A DNA stretch of 64,000 bases from a virus. The stretch covers positions 32,001 through 96,000 of IMG/VR virus record IMGVR_UViG_3300021963_000041; one strand, 5' to 3'. Position numbers and translations under genes: made by a program. The notes under the pieces were generated by a model. The model was not told the origin of the DNA, ran no database searches, and saw only the letters and a list, made by a program, of their open reading frames with translations. Positions 8,614-17,770 of the stretch are shown piece after piece. The number at the start of each line of letters is the position of its first letter. Position 1 is the stretch's first letter.

Positions 8614-10857
8614 TTAAACGTGTCCCTCTCCAAAATTTAATGCGATGTTTGGCTCAGCAATCAATCCAGTTGGAATAGTTACTGTGTTCTCCATGTGATG
8701 CTTAACGATCTTAGATACCTCTTCAGCAATTTCTGCCGGTGCATTCACAACAAACTCATCATGAATCTGCAGCATGATATATGCATCCAATCCCTTCTCT
8801 TTGAACTCTTTGTGGATTGCAATAGCTGATCGGTTCATAATAGATGCAGCTAGTGATTGAATCTGGAAGTTCTTTGAGTTGTTAAGACCGTTCTTATACT
8901 CCATACGCAGTTGCATAATCTTCTGAGTCTGCTCAGGAGTCTTACACATACTCTTCATCATCTTAAACGATCTAGGTTCAATCAAGTTATCCTCGAACTT
9001 CTCATAAATCTGCTTCACACGATCCAAGTGACGAATACGTCCAGTCTTGTTCTTGATATACCCAAACGATTGAGCACGCAAGTGAGTATCACTCATCCAC
9101 TTAGCTAGCTCAGGAAAACCCTCAAGATAACCATCGATCAACTTCTGTGCTTCATTCATGTTAATGTTGAGAGATTGACCAATCTGCCAAGCTCCAGCTC
9201 CATAAGGAATTGCAAGTGCAATACCTTTAGCTCTCTGTCTCAACTCAGGACGCAAAGTCTTCACGAAGTTAGGATCACTCTTCTTAGCTGACATTCCTTT
9301 TAGTTTGAACGCTTGAATAGCAACACGACTATAAAGGTCCTCGTTCTCTAAGAATACGTTGATTAGGTTAGGGTCATTACTTACAGATGCAAACACTCGT
9401 GGCTCTAGTGAAGATTGGTCACAAATAATCAATCGACGACCATCCTCTGCTTTTAAGAAGCTTCGTAGAATATTGTTATACTTTAGTACCAAATCACTCA
9501 CCTCTCCTGGTTCTAATACACGAGGCATTTGCTGACAGTCAGAACTAAAACGTCCTGATGTAGTACCATGCTGCTTAAAGTACCAATAGTAACGACCGTT
9601 CTCGTTCCCATCTAGGAATCGATCAATGTATGCTGAGTTAATCTTGGTCAGTTTGTTGTAGTCACGCAACTTTGCAGCCCATGAATGATCTTTACTAAGA
9701 TGCTCAATCATATCATCGTTGAATTGATCGGTACCTTTGCGAGTCTGACTCATAGGTTTGATCTTCATGTACTTAAATACGATCTCTGCTAACTGCTGCT
9801 TACTACTGATGTTGAGATAGTTTCCTTCTTTCTCTTTCCACATATCCAAACTAATCTTAACAGCATCTCTAGTATCTAAGTCAGCTGGATCACCAGTAGA
9901 TAAGAATCGAGCTACACCATCCGGGTTCTCTGGATTCTCATACTTTTTCAATCGCTCAGCATAGTTACCTCGCTTCTTAGGTGGAAACGACTTTGTTGCT
10001 TTGAACATTACCCACTGCTTAGCAGCTGGAATAGTCATCAGGTCAGATATAATCTCTTGCTCAAGTTTAGCAAGCTCGATGGTGATATCGTTCTTTGTTT
10101 TCTGAATCAACTCCATATCGAGTTCAGTACCCTTCTCTTCCATCTGAATAGTAACAGTCTTGTACAGAGGCATCACCTCATCAACAAAGAAGAAGTCCCA
10201 CAACTCCTGCTCTTTTAGGATTGGTAGGTAGTAAGTCATCACACGAAGAGTTAAGTCAGTATCGGCTGCTGCATAGTTTCCTAGTAGCTGCATATCTGCT
10301 TTGTAAATCTCGTAGTTGTCTTTTGTAGTACTACCACCATTAGCTTTGATATTCTCCTTCATTAGGATCTGCTCCTCGTTGGCTTCTTTCTCGGCATTAA
10401 TACCAAGTTCAGCTTGCAACTCGATTGCAATATCTTTCAAACCAAATGGACCATCCTCTTTGAGAGTATGTCGCAGTAACATCGTATCGCAATAGAGGTC
10501 ATCACGAAGATCAATGCCATAGAAGTTCTTCGTGAACCGAATATCGAACGATCCGTTATGCATTACTAGCTTTTTGCCTTTAAGTAAGTTGATTAGTTGC
10601 TTAGCAACCTCATCACAACTCTTACCATCAATGTAAGAATCTACTAATGCCTGACTATCAGTATCCCAGTATCGTGTTGGGAAGTAATAACCCTCATCGA
10701 TATTTGCAGATACAGAGAAACCAATGATCATTCCTGTTCGAGGATTGACACTGGTTGTCTCAATATCGTATGCGATAATGTTTCCGTTCTTAATATAATT
10801 GGCTAGTTCAACAACACCAGCCATGTCTGTGATAATTTTATATGTTTTCTCCATCAA
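8614..10857 (-). CDS. polA: DNA polymerase, family A, with 3'-5' exonuclease
   Basis: Exo I YDIETT, Exo II HNGSFD, Exo III YAAAD; TTSGRFSS; motif A DQSSLEPR; motif B RQRAKGIALAIPYG; motif C QIHDE. Confidence 0.95.
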   Translation of the reverse strand: MMEKTYKIITDMAGVVELANYIKNGNIIAYDIETTSVNPRTGMIIGFSVSANIDEGYYFPTRYWDTDSQALVDSYIDGKSCDEVAKQLINLLKGKKLVMHNGSFDIRFTKNFYGIDLRDDLYCDTMLLRHTLKEDGPFGLKDIAIELQAELGINAEKEANEEQILMKENIKANGGSTTKDNYEIYKADMQLLGNYAAADTDLTLRVMTYYLPILKEQELWDFFFVDEVMPLYKTVTIQMEEKGTELDMELIQKTKNDITIELAKLEQEIISDLMTIPAAKQWVMFKATKSFPPKKRGNYAERLKKYENPENPDGVARFLSTGDPADLDTRDAVKISLDMWKEKEGNYLNISSKQQLAEIVFKYMKIKPMSQTRKGTDQFNDDMIEHLSKDHSWAAKLRDYNKLTKINSAYIDRFLDGNENGRYYWYFKQHGTTSGRFSSDCQQMPRVLEPGEVSDLVLKYNNILRSFLKAEDGRRLIICDQSSLEPRVFASVSNDPNLINVFLENEDLYSRVAIQAFKLKGMSAKKSDPNFVKTLRPELRQRAKGIALAIPYGAGAWQIGQSLNINMNEAQKLIDGYLEGFPELAKWMSDTHLRAQSFGYIKNKTGRIRHLDRVKQIYEKFEDNLIEPRSFKMMKSMCKTPEQTQKIMQLRMEYKNGLNNSKNFQIQSLAASIMNRSAIAIHKEFKEKGLDAYIMLQIHDEFVVNAPAEIAEEVSKIVKHHMENTVTIPTGLIAEPNIALNFGEGHV

Positions 10858-11104
10858 TGTGTGTTTCTATACGTTTTTGACATGCAATTAAAGCTTCTAA
10901 CTGACCGTAAGTTAAATCAAACTTAGTCTCCCGGTGATTGAAGTTGATAGTAACTTCATAACCCTCTCCGTTAGACCATTCTGTAACTTCAAGAAAGTCT
11001 CCTCGCTCAGCTTCTTTACCCATAGAGAATGTACACCAATCCTTGAGTGGTACAAATGCGCTAGGGCGTTGTGAGAAATCAATCTCTCTTTTCTTTCCTA
11101 TCAT
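10838..11104 (-). CDS. hypothetical protein
   Basis: 88 aa ORF with promoter-like element upstream. Confidence 0.65.
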   Translation of the reverse strand: MIGKKREIDFSQRPSAFVPLKDWCTFSMGKEAERGDFLEVTEWSNGEGYEVTINFNHRETKFDLTYGQLEALIACQKRIETHIDGENI

Positions 11105-11108
11105 AAAG

Positions 11109-11139
11109 TAAAGATACTACCTTTTTTTCGAAAAACCAA
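11109..11139 (-). promoter_or_regulatory. -33/-7 type promoter upstream of the polA operon
   Basis: TTG-N20-TATCTTTA. Confidence 0.6.
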
Positions 11140-11140
11140 C

Positions 11141-11287
11141 TTAAAAGCCAGCCATACTGAGAAACATCTCATATAAAGCATCTTCCAGATAGTGAACACA
11201 CTCTTCGTGCGTACCCTGGAATAACACAGCGTTGGTTGATGAATCTACTACTTGGTACGTGTTGTTAATTAAGTGAAAAATTTCCAT
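11141..11287 (-). CDS. small hypothetical protein (48 aa)
   Basis: Hand translation MEIFHLINNTYQVVDSSTNAVLFQGTHEEC...; fills gap; below ORF-track cutoff. Confidence 0.55.
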   Translation of the reverse strand: MEIFHLINNTYQVVDSSTNAVLFQGTHEECVHYLEDALYEMFLSMAGF

Positions 11288-11301
11288 AGCTTATTTTGTT
11301 T

Positions 11302-11517
11302 TTAGAATAATTTAGTAGCGTGTGTCCGACGACCGAATCGTAACACTGGTATAGCAGCGTTCTTCTTTTTGAAGTAGTAGTTCAATAGACGATTGTAAGT
11401 CCAGAACTTCTCACGAGATTTAGTTTTCTCGTTGTTATTAAAACTACCTGGTTTCTCATTAAACTCGGTAACTAGTGCGTTGATAATCTCTTCGCGGGTT
11501 TTAAATGTATTTATCAT
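11302..11517 (-). CDS. hypothetical protein
   Basis: 71 aa ORF in operon context. Confidence 0.55.
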   Translation of the reverse strand: MINTFKTREEIINALVTEFNEKPGSFNNNEKTKSREKFWTYNRLLNYYFKKKNAAIPVLRFGRRTHATKLF

Positions 11518-11522
11518 ATTTC

Positions 11523-11792
11523 TTATTTATCTTTACGTTGTCCTAATTTGCGAATGCTGTACTCAACCGTAACGGAAGTGACTGCAACCTCATTCAAAAA
11601 GTCATACTTATCAAATGTAATCCAACCTTCTCGAGTTGGTCTTTCAATAGTGTTTCCTGACTGAATCATATTAAACATTTCCTCATCAACTACCATTACA
11701 TCACCAGGACGATAATGTACTGCCGTTCTGCCGAGTCCAGCATCTTCGAGGATTTCATTCTTAACTGTCAATTTAAACTCTCTGTGTGTCAT
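11523..11792 (-). CDS. hypothetical protein
   Basis: 89 aa ORF; promoter-like TTG-N20-GACCTTTA at 11811-11841. Confidence 0.6.
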   Translation of the reverse strand: MTHREFKLTVKNEILEDAGLGRTAVHYRPGDVMVVDEEMFNMIQSGNTIERPTREGWITFDKYDFLNEVAVTSVTVEYSIRKLGQRKDK

Positions 11793-11861
11793 ATCTCTTA
11801 ATCTTATACCTAAAGGTCGTCACTTAATTTCGTATTTGCAACAGTTTGACAAAAAAAAAAA

Positions 11862-11892
11862 TAAAAAAAGCCAACTTTTTATGGTTGGCTTC
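11862..11892 (-). terminator. intrinsic terminator after the deazaguanine cluster
   Basis: AGCCAAC...GTTGGCT hairpin followed by long T-run on minus strand. Confidence 0.8.
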
Positions 11893-11912
11893 TTGACAGG
11901 GTAGAGGTCAGC

Positions 11913-12707
11913 TTATTTGCCGGTCATGCAACTTAGTCGCAAGTACTGCACATTCTTCTTTACTAGCTCCATATCAACATTACTCATGTCGTATGTCTCT
12001 AGGAAGTTGTGTGGAGTTGGAATCCGAGTAGTATGATCTACTCTAAAGTCCTGACCATGTGCAGCCGCTAGTACTGGGAATACTGAGTCTGTGCTGCGCA
12101 TTGCTGGATGATCGTAGTAGGAGAACTCTGTTGGATCACCTTGACCTAAACAGTGGATCGGTTTCAGTAATAGGTTGTGCTCTTTCAAATAGTCATAAGC
12201 CATCCAACGAGCTTCCTTAATACCTTGATCATCTTTGAAGTCTTCTAACCACGCCTGAGGAATTGCAATCTTAGAGAAACCAATTGTGCTAATCCAATCT
12301 TGCTCTAATCCCCATTTGTAAGCTTCTAGCCAATCCTCTTTAGTTTTACCTTGAGGACAGAAGAAGATTTCAGTGCTATCTAACAAGCCTTCAGCTTCCA
12401 TACGGTCGCGGAACTTGATAGCGTTAGCAATCGTAGCATCTTTATCAAACAATACATCTGGTGCGATTACTTCACTAGGTGCTAACTCTTTCACTACGTT
12501 GATCAACACATCTTCAGTCACTAAGGCACGCTCAGCTGCTGAATTGTCTAGTGTGATCCAGCGATCAAGATCCTCATCAATCTGATCATAGATGAACTGT
12601 CTGTACTCTGGTGATTGTACCCACAAATGGGCTAGTACAAACAATCTATCGCCAAGCTTCATCGGCTCTAAATTACTCAAGGGCGATATAACGTATACGT
12701 CCATCAT
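11913..12707 (-). CDS. dpdA: TGT-like (queuine tRNA-ribosyltransferase fold) deazaguanine transglycosylase, DpdA-type
   Basis: TIM-barrel TGT-like motifs LDNS, APDV, IHCLG, RSTDS; sits in folE/queD/queE cluster; subfamily not determinable by eye. Confidence 0.7.
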   Translation of the reverse strand: MMDVYVISPLSNLEPMKLGDRLFVLAHLWVQSPEYRQFIYDQIDEDLDRWITLDNSAAERALVTEDVLINVVKELAPSEVIAPDVLFDKDATIANAIKFRDRMEAEGLLDSTEIFFCPQGKTKEDWLEAYKWGLEQDWISTIGFSKIAIPQAWLEDFKDDQGIKEARWMAYDYLKEHNLLLKPIHCLGQGDPTEFSYYDHPAMRSTDSVFPVLAAAHGQDFRVDHTTRIPTPHNFLETYDMSNVDMELVKKNVQYLRLSCMTGK

Positions 12708-13066
12708 TATAGAGTGATTGAGTAGATTTGTTTGATTACAATTTCGTCTGCATCTACATCCTCTTCTAGTTGTTTTGCTACCGCATAGTCTAGAGATTTT
12801 CCTGGTGTAAGTTCAATCCACATCTCCTCTAAGAATCTAGAAGATTCAATGTTACCAAACTCATCACGTGTTACTTGGAACACTGCTACTTTTACTTGCT
12901 GTCTATTCATATTATTACTTGGATTAAAAATTAAGGAAGTACCACTACTGATAGTAGACCAATTTGTGTTTGGATTTATTGTGGTGGTGTATCCAGCTGT
13001 ATTTGTTGTAAGGATGCAACCGCTAGTGAGGTCACTAGTGGTTCCATAGTGAATTTTAGGCTCCAT
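12707..13066 (-). CDS. hypothetical protein
   Basis: 119 aa ORF overlapping folE and dpdA. Confidence 0.6.
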   Translation of the reverse strand: MEPKIHYGTTSDLTSGCILTTNTAGYTTTINPNTNWSTISSGTSLIFNPSNNMNRQQVKVAVFQVTRDEFGNIESSRFLEEMWIELTPGKSLDYAVAKQLEEDVDADEIVIKQIYSITL

Positions 13067-13703
13067 AACGACTTTGATCTATAAGGTTAAAAAATTCTTG
13101 TCTTGTACCAATCTCGTTAGTCCAGAAGTATCCTGACATTTGAGATGTCTTCATTACTGATTCATGTTTGATACCACGACACTTAACGCAGTTGTGTTGT
13201 GATTCAATAACTACAGCTACACCGCGATTACCAATACACAAGCGATCAATATGATCATGAATCTGCTTAGTTAATGATTCTTGGATATTTGGACGACGTG
13301 AGTAGAAATCTACAATACGATTCAACTTACTCAATCCAACAACCATATCATCCTTCTCTTTACCTGGAATATATGCTACGTGAGCTACTCCTGAGAATGT
13401 TAGGTTGTGATGTGCACACATACTCATTACTGGAATACGTGTCTGACAAATCAATCCAGTATAACCCTCATCATTAGGGAATGCAGTGATTTCTGGTTCT
13501 GGTGAGATTGATCCTGCGATCAAATCATTAACCCAAGCTTTAGCTACACGATGTGGTGTACGATCACTATGTGGATCAGCTTTCCAATCGAATCCTAATG
13601 CTGTTAAGAATCCACCATAATACTCAGCAGCCTTTTCAATCATCTGCTTTTTCTCCTCTTCTGTACGAGGAATGTTTCCATTTGCTTTTTTAATTAACTC
13701 CAT
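13056..13703 (-). CDS. folE: GTP cyclohydrolase I
   Basis: TPHRVAK, SMCAHH, GLSKLNRIV, IQESLT, HNCVKCRG motifs. Confidence 0.96.
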   Translation of the reverse strand: MELIKKANGNIPRTEEEKKQMIEKAAEYYGGFLTALGFDWKADPHSDRTPHRVAKAWVNDLIAGSISPEPEITAFPNDEGYTGLICQTRIPVMSMCAHHNLTFSGVAHVAYIPGKEKDDMVVGLSKLNRIVDFYSRRPNIQESLTKQIHDHIDRLCIGNRGVAVVIESQHNCVKCRGIKHESVMKTSQMSGYFWTNEIGTRQEFFNLIDQSRYGA

Positions 13704-13709
13704 CTCTTA

Positions 13710-14177
13710 TTAGTTATTTACTTTAATATACCAATTCTCAAACGCTTTTGCAACACCTCCAAGACCTAACTCCTCATCTCTTGCATCTGCTTCCTCAAAG
13801 CTAAGGTCATCCTTTGCAATCGATCGATCATAGAATCTATATCTACGAACATCGTCAGCAGCTTCTAGCCAAATCATATCAATGTTATCAAAACCAAATT
13901 CATTTACTAAACCCCATACAATACTTGCCTGACGAATACCATCAACAACAACTCTCTCATACTTCTCAATCTCAGCGATTAGTTCTTGAGCAATCTGCAT
14001 ATCAAGGTTCTGTGTGTTTTGTAACTCACTGCGAGTATTCTTACCAGAAACTCTTTTTACAATATCCGACACAGTAATTCGCTTTGCTTTTGTGATGTAA
14101 CATAAAGCATCTGCGTAAGTACTTTTGCCACTGCAGATTTTACCAAATAGTAAAACGATTCTCTTTGTTTGTAACAT
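13710..14177 (-). CDS. P-loop nucleoside monophosphate / dephospho-CoA kinase-like protein
   Basis: GKICSGKST Walker A, VVDGIR, lid Arg motif. Confidence 0.75.
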   Translation of the reverse strand: MLQTKRIVLLFGKICSGKSTYADALCYITKAKRITVSDIVKRVSGKNTRSELQNTQNLDMQIAQELIAEIEKYERVVVDGIRQASIVWGLVNEFGFDNIDMIWLEAADDVRRYRFYDRSIAKDDLSFEEADARDEELGLGGVAKAFENWYIKVNN

Positions 14178-14181
14178 GATA

Positions 14182-14212
14182 CGAATATACGACTAAATTT
14201 CTACAATTCCAA
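14182..14212 (-). promoter_or_regulatory. -33/-7 type promoter
   Basis: TTG-N20-TATATTCG upstream of kinase. Confidence 0.6.
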
Positions 14213-14534
14213 AGAATTCTCCATCCTCTGATACAGAACATCTACACAAACCAAAATAGTTTAATAAATCTTCTGCAATCATCTCACAACTCATTGCTCC
14301 AAAGTTGCAGCATCCATAAGCTGGATCGTACCAAGTCTTCGCAATGTGCTGTTTGATTTTATGTTTGAGATCGATAAACTCAATGTCACGATTCCCATGC
14401 GATACCTCCGCTCGGCAAAGGATTTGGAATGTGTGACGATGCAGATGTGCTAAGTACTCTACGTGTGGTAGATTACAATCAGGCCAGTGATGCAGACCTT
14501 CAATATCTAAACGAACTTCTACGAACTTCCTCAT
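14193..14534 (-). CDS. dpdL: QueD-paralogue T-fold protein, DpdL-like (candidate CDG decarboxylase)
   Basis: LAHLHRHTF matches the LxxxHRHxF signature recalled for DpdL; SCEMIAE and VSEDGE T-fold motifs; canonical queD also present. Confidence 0.7.
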   Translation of the reverse strand: MRKFVEVRLDIEGLHHWPDCNLPHVEYLAHLHRHTFQILCRAEVSHGNRDIEFIDLKHKIKQHIAKTWYDPAYGCCNFGAMSCEMIAEDLLNYFGLCRCSVSEDGEFFGIVEI

Positions 14535-15016
14535 TACTTTAAGTCTTTATTACCTTGCCATTGGCCGTTATACAATTCTGCTTCATTATTCTCAAACATA
14601 ATGATTTGAGCTACACGAGCACCTTTCTCAATGATGATAGGCTCAGTAACAATCATTACACCACCCATCTCATCTACTTCGAATCCTGGATCATACACAC
14701 CACTAGTGATAATTGCTCCACAACGAAGTACGCTAGAACGATGGCGAATAAAAGCTGTCATATTATTTGGTAACTTACATCCTTGCTCAAATGTTAATGA
14801 GTATGCTCCTGCACTAAGTTTGTAGATGAACTTTCCATCTGCATTAATCATTGGTGCTACTTCGTGGTAATCCTCAACTGCTGTCTTATCTGACATAACA
14901 GCTCCACCCATAATTCGTTTCACACCTTTCAGAGTAAGGTCATACCCTACCTGAGCTCTTGAGCCTTTATTATTAGTTTGTAGTAGCTCTTCTACTTGGA
15001 ATGCGTTTTGTAACAT
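14534..15016 (-). CDS. dUTPase/dCTP-deaminase superfamily protein (archaeal-like)
   Basis: GYDLT, RSSVLR, GVYDPGF, RVAQI, YNGQWQG motifs. Confidence 0.8.
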   Translation of the reverse strand: MLQNAFQVEELLQTNNKGSRAQVGYDLTLKGVKRIMGGAVMSDKTAVEDYHEVAPMINADGKFIYKLSAGAYSLTFEQGCKLPNNMTAFIRHRSSVLRCGAIITSGVYDPGFEVDEMGGVMIVTEPIIIEKGARVAQIIMFENNEAELYNGQWQGNKDLK

Positions 15017-15140
15017 AGTATTTAATTGTGTTTAAATCAATATAAGATAAATTTGGATAGTTTGCAACAAACAAATCTAGAAGATCGAAGTGAGCAAAGC
15101 TATCTGGACATAGTCCTATAAAGTGTAGGATTTCGTGCAT
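14973..15140 (-). CDS. small hypothetical protein (55 aa)
   Basis: ATG overlaps the queE stop (TAATG); MHEILHFIGLCPDSFAHFDLLDL... Confidence 0.5.
   Translation of the reverse strand: MHEILHFIGLCPDSFAHFDLLDLFVANYPNLSYIDLNTIKYYVTKRIPSRRATTN
15037..15067 (-). promoter_or_regulatory. -33/-7 type promoter
   Basis: TTG-N20-TATATTGA upstream of the dUTPase-like gene. Confidence 0.6.
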
Positions 15141-15922
15141 TATACTCCTCGTTTTGTGTCGAATGCAATGATATGCTCACGACCGGTAAAATTATATCCA
15201 TTCTCTGTGCAGAAGTCAATCACCATTGGATAGACTCTGACCAATTCCTCACGATTATCTCCTGGAGGCATGATCCAAGTTTTATTCTTAGGAATACCAA
15301 GCTCAACTCTAAATGCTTCAATCTGTTCCCAAATCTCTGGCATCTCAACTGGATTACATACCGGCTTGAAGTGGTAGTTTGTATGGTATGCGATTGATTG
15401 TTTCATAGCTTCGTAATTCAAACGTAAGCTGTTATGCTTGTCGATCATCTTTTGATCAACTGCGATACCTTTCGGTGTAAGTACTCCCAACTTAGGTACG
15501 CTATTGCTAAACTTAGGACTGAGAGATATGAGACCGATTGGGTAATCTGTTTCAATGAAGTGACTACCTTCTGTCTCCATCGTAATAACAATACCTCTTT
15601 CATTTGCTAGGTGGGTTAATTCGTTAACTAAATCTGGGTGCATTGTTGGTGATCCACCCGTCAACATCATCTCCTTAATGTCTGGACGTTCGTCATACAT
15701 CTTGATGATATCGTTAAAAGTGAAACCACCCTTCTCTGGATGGATACTTGTATACCAAGAGTCACACCAACCACCTTCACCAAACCAACATCTGTGAGTA
15801 CATCCAGTTGTTCTAACTGCTACTGTTGGAAAGCCCGCTCTGGAGCCTTCACTCTGCACACAATAGTATAGTTCTACTATTGGCAGTTTCTTATCGTAAT
15901 CTGTAATTCTTCCTGCTTTCAT
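15140..15922 (-). CDS. queE: 7-carboxy-7-deazaguanine synthase (radical SAM)
   Basis: VQSEG, VRTTGCTHRC...WCDS, LTGGSP, METEGS, SLSPK motifs. Confidence 0.92.
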   Translation of the reverse strand: MKAGRITDYDKKLPIVELYYCVQSEGSRAGFPTVAVRTTGCTHRCWFGEGGWCDSWYTSIHPEKGGFTFNDIIKMYDERPDIKEMMLTGGSPTMHPDLVNELTHLANERGIVITMETEGSHFIETDYPIGLISLSPKFSNSVPKLGVLTPKGIAVDQKMIDKHNSLRLNYEAMKQSIAYHTNYHFKPVCNPVEMPEIWEQIEAFRVELGIPKNKTWIMPPGDNREELVRVYPMVIDFCTENGYNFTGREHIIAFDTKRGV

Positions 15923-15923
15923 A

Positions 15924-16166
15924 TTAAAATGGTAATTCGTCGTCTAAAATGTCTTGTACCGTTGGCTGCTCTGGTTGTGCAGTTTTACCAAAATACTGAT
16001 CCAGAAAGTCTACCGGATACATCATCACTGTTCCGCTATATTTTGGATTACTAATTTCTTGCGATTGTATAACAACTCCTTGAGCTACTGCTGCTGTTGC
16101 TACTCTTTTACCTAGGTCTGAACCTGCTGCATGCCCTAGGTATTCATAAAGTGACTTAAATTCCAT
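15924..16166 (-). CDS. hypothetical protein
   Basis: 80 aa ORF ending in SSB-like acidic tail DDELPF. Confidence 0.65.
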   Translation of the reverse strand: MEFKSLYEYLGHAAGSDLGKRVATAAVAQGVVIQSQEISNPKYSGTVMMYPVDFLDQYFGKTAQPEQPTVQDILDDELPF

Positions 16167-16183
16167 AACCTGTGTTTTTTATT

Positions 16184-16462
16184 TTAACTATTTTCTTCAA
16201 TATACTCCAAAACTTCCATATAAGACCCTCTGTGTATATAGATTGGTGTTCCCTCTCCCACATAGGTGTTCCAGACATTATATTCTAGATATTCGATGGC
16301 ATCCTCTTCAGTCATCTCGTCACGCTGCATTAGAACTGTTACCATCCTACTTGCATCATATACCACCTTGCGAGTACCATTTGTATAAGTAATTCCTATG
16401 ACAGCCTCATCAAAGCCGTCAGCGAACATTGTTTGATCATTTGTTGAGCTTTCTGTCGTCAT
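16184..16462 (-). CDS. conserved phage hypothetical protein
   Basis: ADGFDEAVIG...EDAIEYLEYN...YVGEGTP. Confidence 0.7.
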   Translation of the reverse strand: MTTESSTNDQTMFADGFDEAVIGITYTNGTRKVVYDASRMVTVLMQRDEMTEEDAIEYLEYNVWNTYVGEGTPIYIHRGSYMEVLEYIEENS

Positions 16463-17015
16463 ATTCTAATACTCCTTTTGATTTAGCGTAATTAACAATA
16501 TCCGTAAGATTGGTAGCGTAAAAGTTTTCACGCTCTGCATCTGTAATACTTTCGTGGAATGCCTCCGTAAAACAGTTTGGTGTTTCGTAAATCTTTACAC
16601 CATGAATCTGTAAGCCTGTTTTTGCATCACCATATAGCTCATTTGTGAGCACTTCCATTGCTAAGTAAACTTCTTTAGCAATATTCTCCACTGAAGGGTT
16701 GCAATACTCTCCGTTACCATTCAAACTCATTAACCACAACTTAGTACCATAGTCTCTAGTCGTTTCGATTAGCTTTGTATCATGTGGATTAAGAATCATT
16801 CCATGATCTAGTATATCATCAATCCATTGACAGAATACACGCTTGATCTCTTTGAAGTCGATGGCATAACCAATCTCCTCCATATTTTCAAATGCAAACG
16901 TAAGTTCGTATAAATAAGTGTGTCCATGAATGTTGTAGCATTTCATAAACTCATTCATAACTCGATGTCCTGAATCGAAGTTACCCTTTCTTGTGATGTA
17001 TTGTATTTTGCTCAT
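16437..17015 (-). CDS. queD: 6-carboxy-5,6,7,8-tetrahydropterin synthase
   Basis: FDSGHR, CYNIHGHTY (CxxxHGH), IDF, LDH, PSVENIA, YETPN. Confidence 0.93.
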   Translation of the reverse strand: MSKIQYITRKGNFDSGHRVMNEFMKCYNIHGHTYLYELTFAFENMEEIGYAIDFKEIKRVFCQWIDDILDHGMILNPHDTKLIETTRDYGTKLWLMSLNGNGEYCNPSVENIAKEVYLAMEVLTNELYGDAKTGLQIHGVKIYETPNCFTEAFHESITDAERENFYATNLTDIVNYAKSKGVLEYDDRKLNK

Positions 17016-17018
17016 ATC

Positions 17019-17255
17019 TTAAACTAATTCTTCAAATATACCAACTAATTCTGAAACTACCAACAATCCTACAGCTAAACCTAAATTAAAAGGTATAGCA
17101 ACGTATCCGACAATACGAATTGCCGACTTAACGAAACTCACTAGTTGATGCTTCTTTGGATCTGGGTGTTTGAAATCTTCTCGTACCTCACGTGGTGGTA
17201 CTTGTATAACCTTCTCTGGGTCAATTACTACATTCTTGTGTTTGATGTTGTACAT
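17019..17255 (-). CDS. small membrane protein
   Basis: Hydrophobic C-terminal half ending ELVGIFEELV. Confidence 0.6.
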   Translation of the reverse strand: MYNIKHKNVVIDPEKVIQVPPREVREDFKHPDPKKHQLVSFVKSAIRIVGYVAIPFNLGLAVGLLVVSELVGIFEELV

Positions 17256-17691
17256 ATTGTAACTTTTTATTTGCGATTTTTTTGTAATTGTGGTAGAGTT
17301 GGATTAGGTCTTGGTTTGGATCAGCTGCTAAAGCTTCATCCCAACAATCAATACCAAACTCAACTGCCAGCTTGTCTCGAAGCAATGCTAGCAACTTAGT
17401 TTCCTCCTCGTGATAATCCTCCATGAGTTTGTTGTAACGCTTTATGTATTTACGTTCAACTTCAATTAACTTTTCTTGCAAACTCTCAGCACTAGCAACC
17501 CATTTGCTGGTCACCTTCTTTTGCTCTTGTTTGCATAAAACTAACTCGTATTTTGCTTGACGTAGATAATCGCTATGGTCAAAGTCACCATGCTCTATTT
17601 GTTGTAACAAAAACGATCTGCCTTTCAAGGCATCTTTTCTTTTGAGTAGTGGTTTTTTCCTACCTCTTCTCCACCAATTGAAACGACTCAT
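17221..17691 (-). CDS. hypothetical protein
   Basis: 156 aa ORF with basic N-terminus. Confidence 0.65.
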   Translation of the reverse strand: MSRFNWWRRGRKKPLLKRKDALKGRSFLLQQIEHGDFDHSDYLRQAKYELVLCKQEQKKVTSKWVASAESLQEKLIEVERKYIKRYNKLMEDYHEEETKLLALLRDKLAVEFGIDCWDEALAADPNQDLIQLYHNYKKIANKKLQYVQHQTQECSN

Positions 17692-17713
17692 GTGTATGTA
17701 TTGTAAGTGTATA

Positions 17714-17754
17714 CGAATATACTGAAAAAGGCTTACGTTAGCAAGCCTTTTTTA
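17714..17754 (-). terminator. intrinsic (bidirectional-looking) terminator overlapping a -33/-7 promoter
   Basis: AAAAAGGCTT-acgttagc-AAGCCTTTTTT; promoter TTG-N20-TATATTCG at 17714-17744. Confidence 0.7.
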
Positions 17755-17770
17755 AAATTTATTTTATCTC

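Noticed and set aside
11913-17015. Host-like queuosine tRNA modification operon
   Set aside because: No queC, queF or queA is present; the TGT-like protein is short and lacks the zinc-binding tRNA-recognition domain; the phage context favours DNA modification
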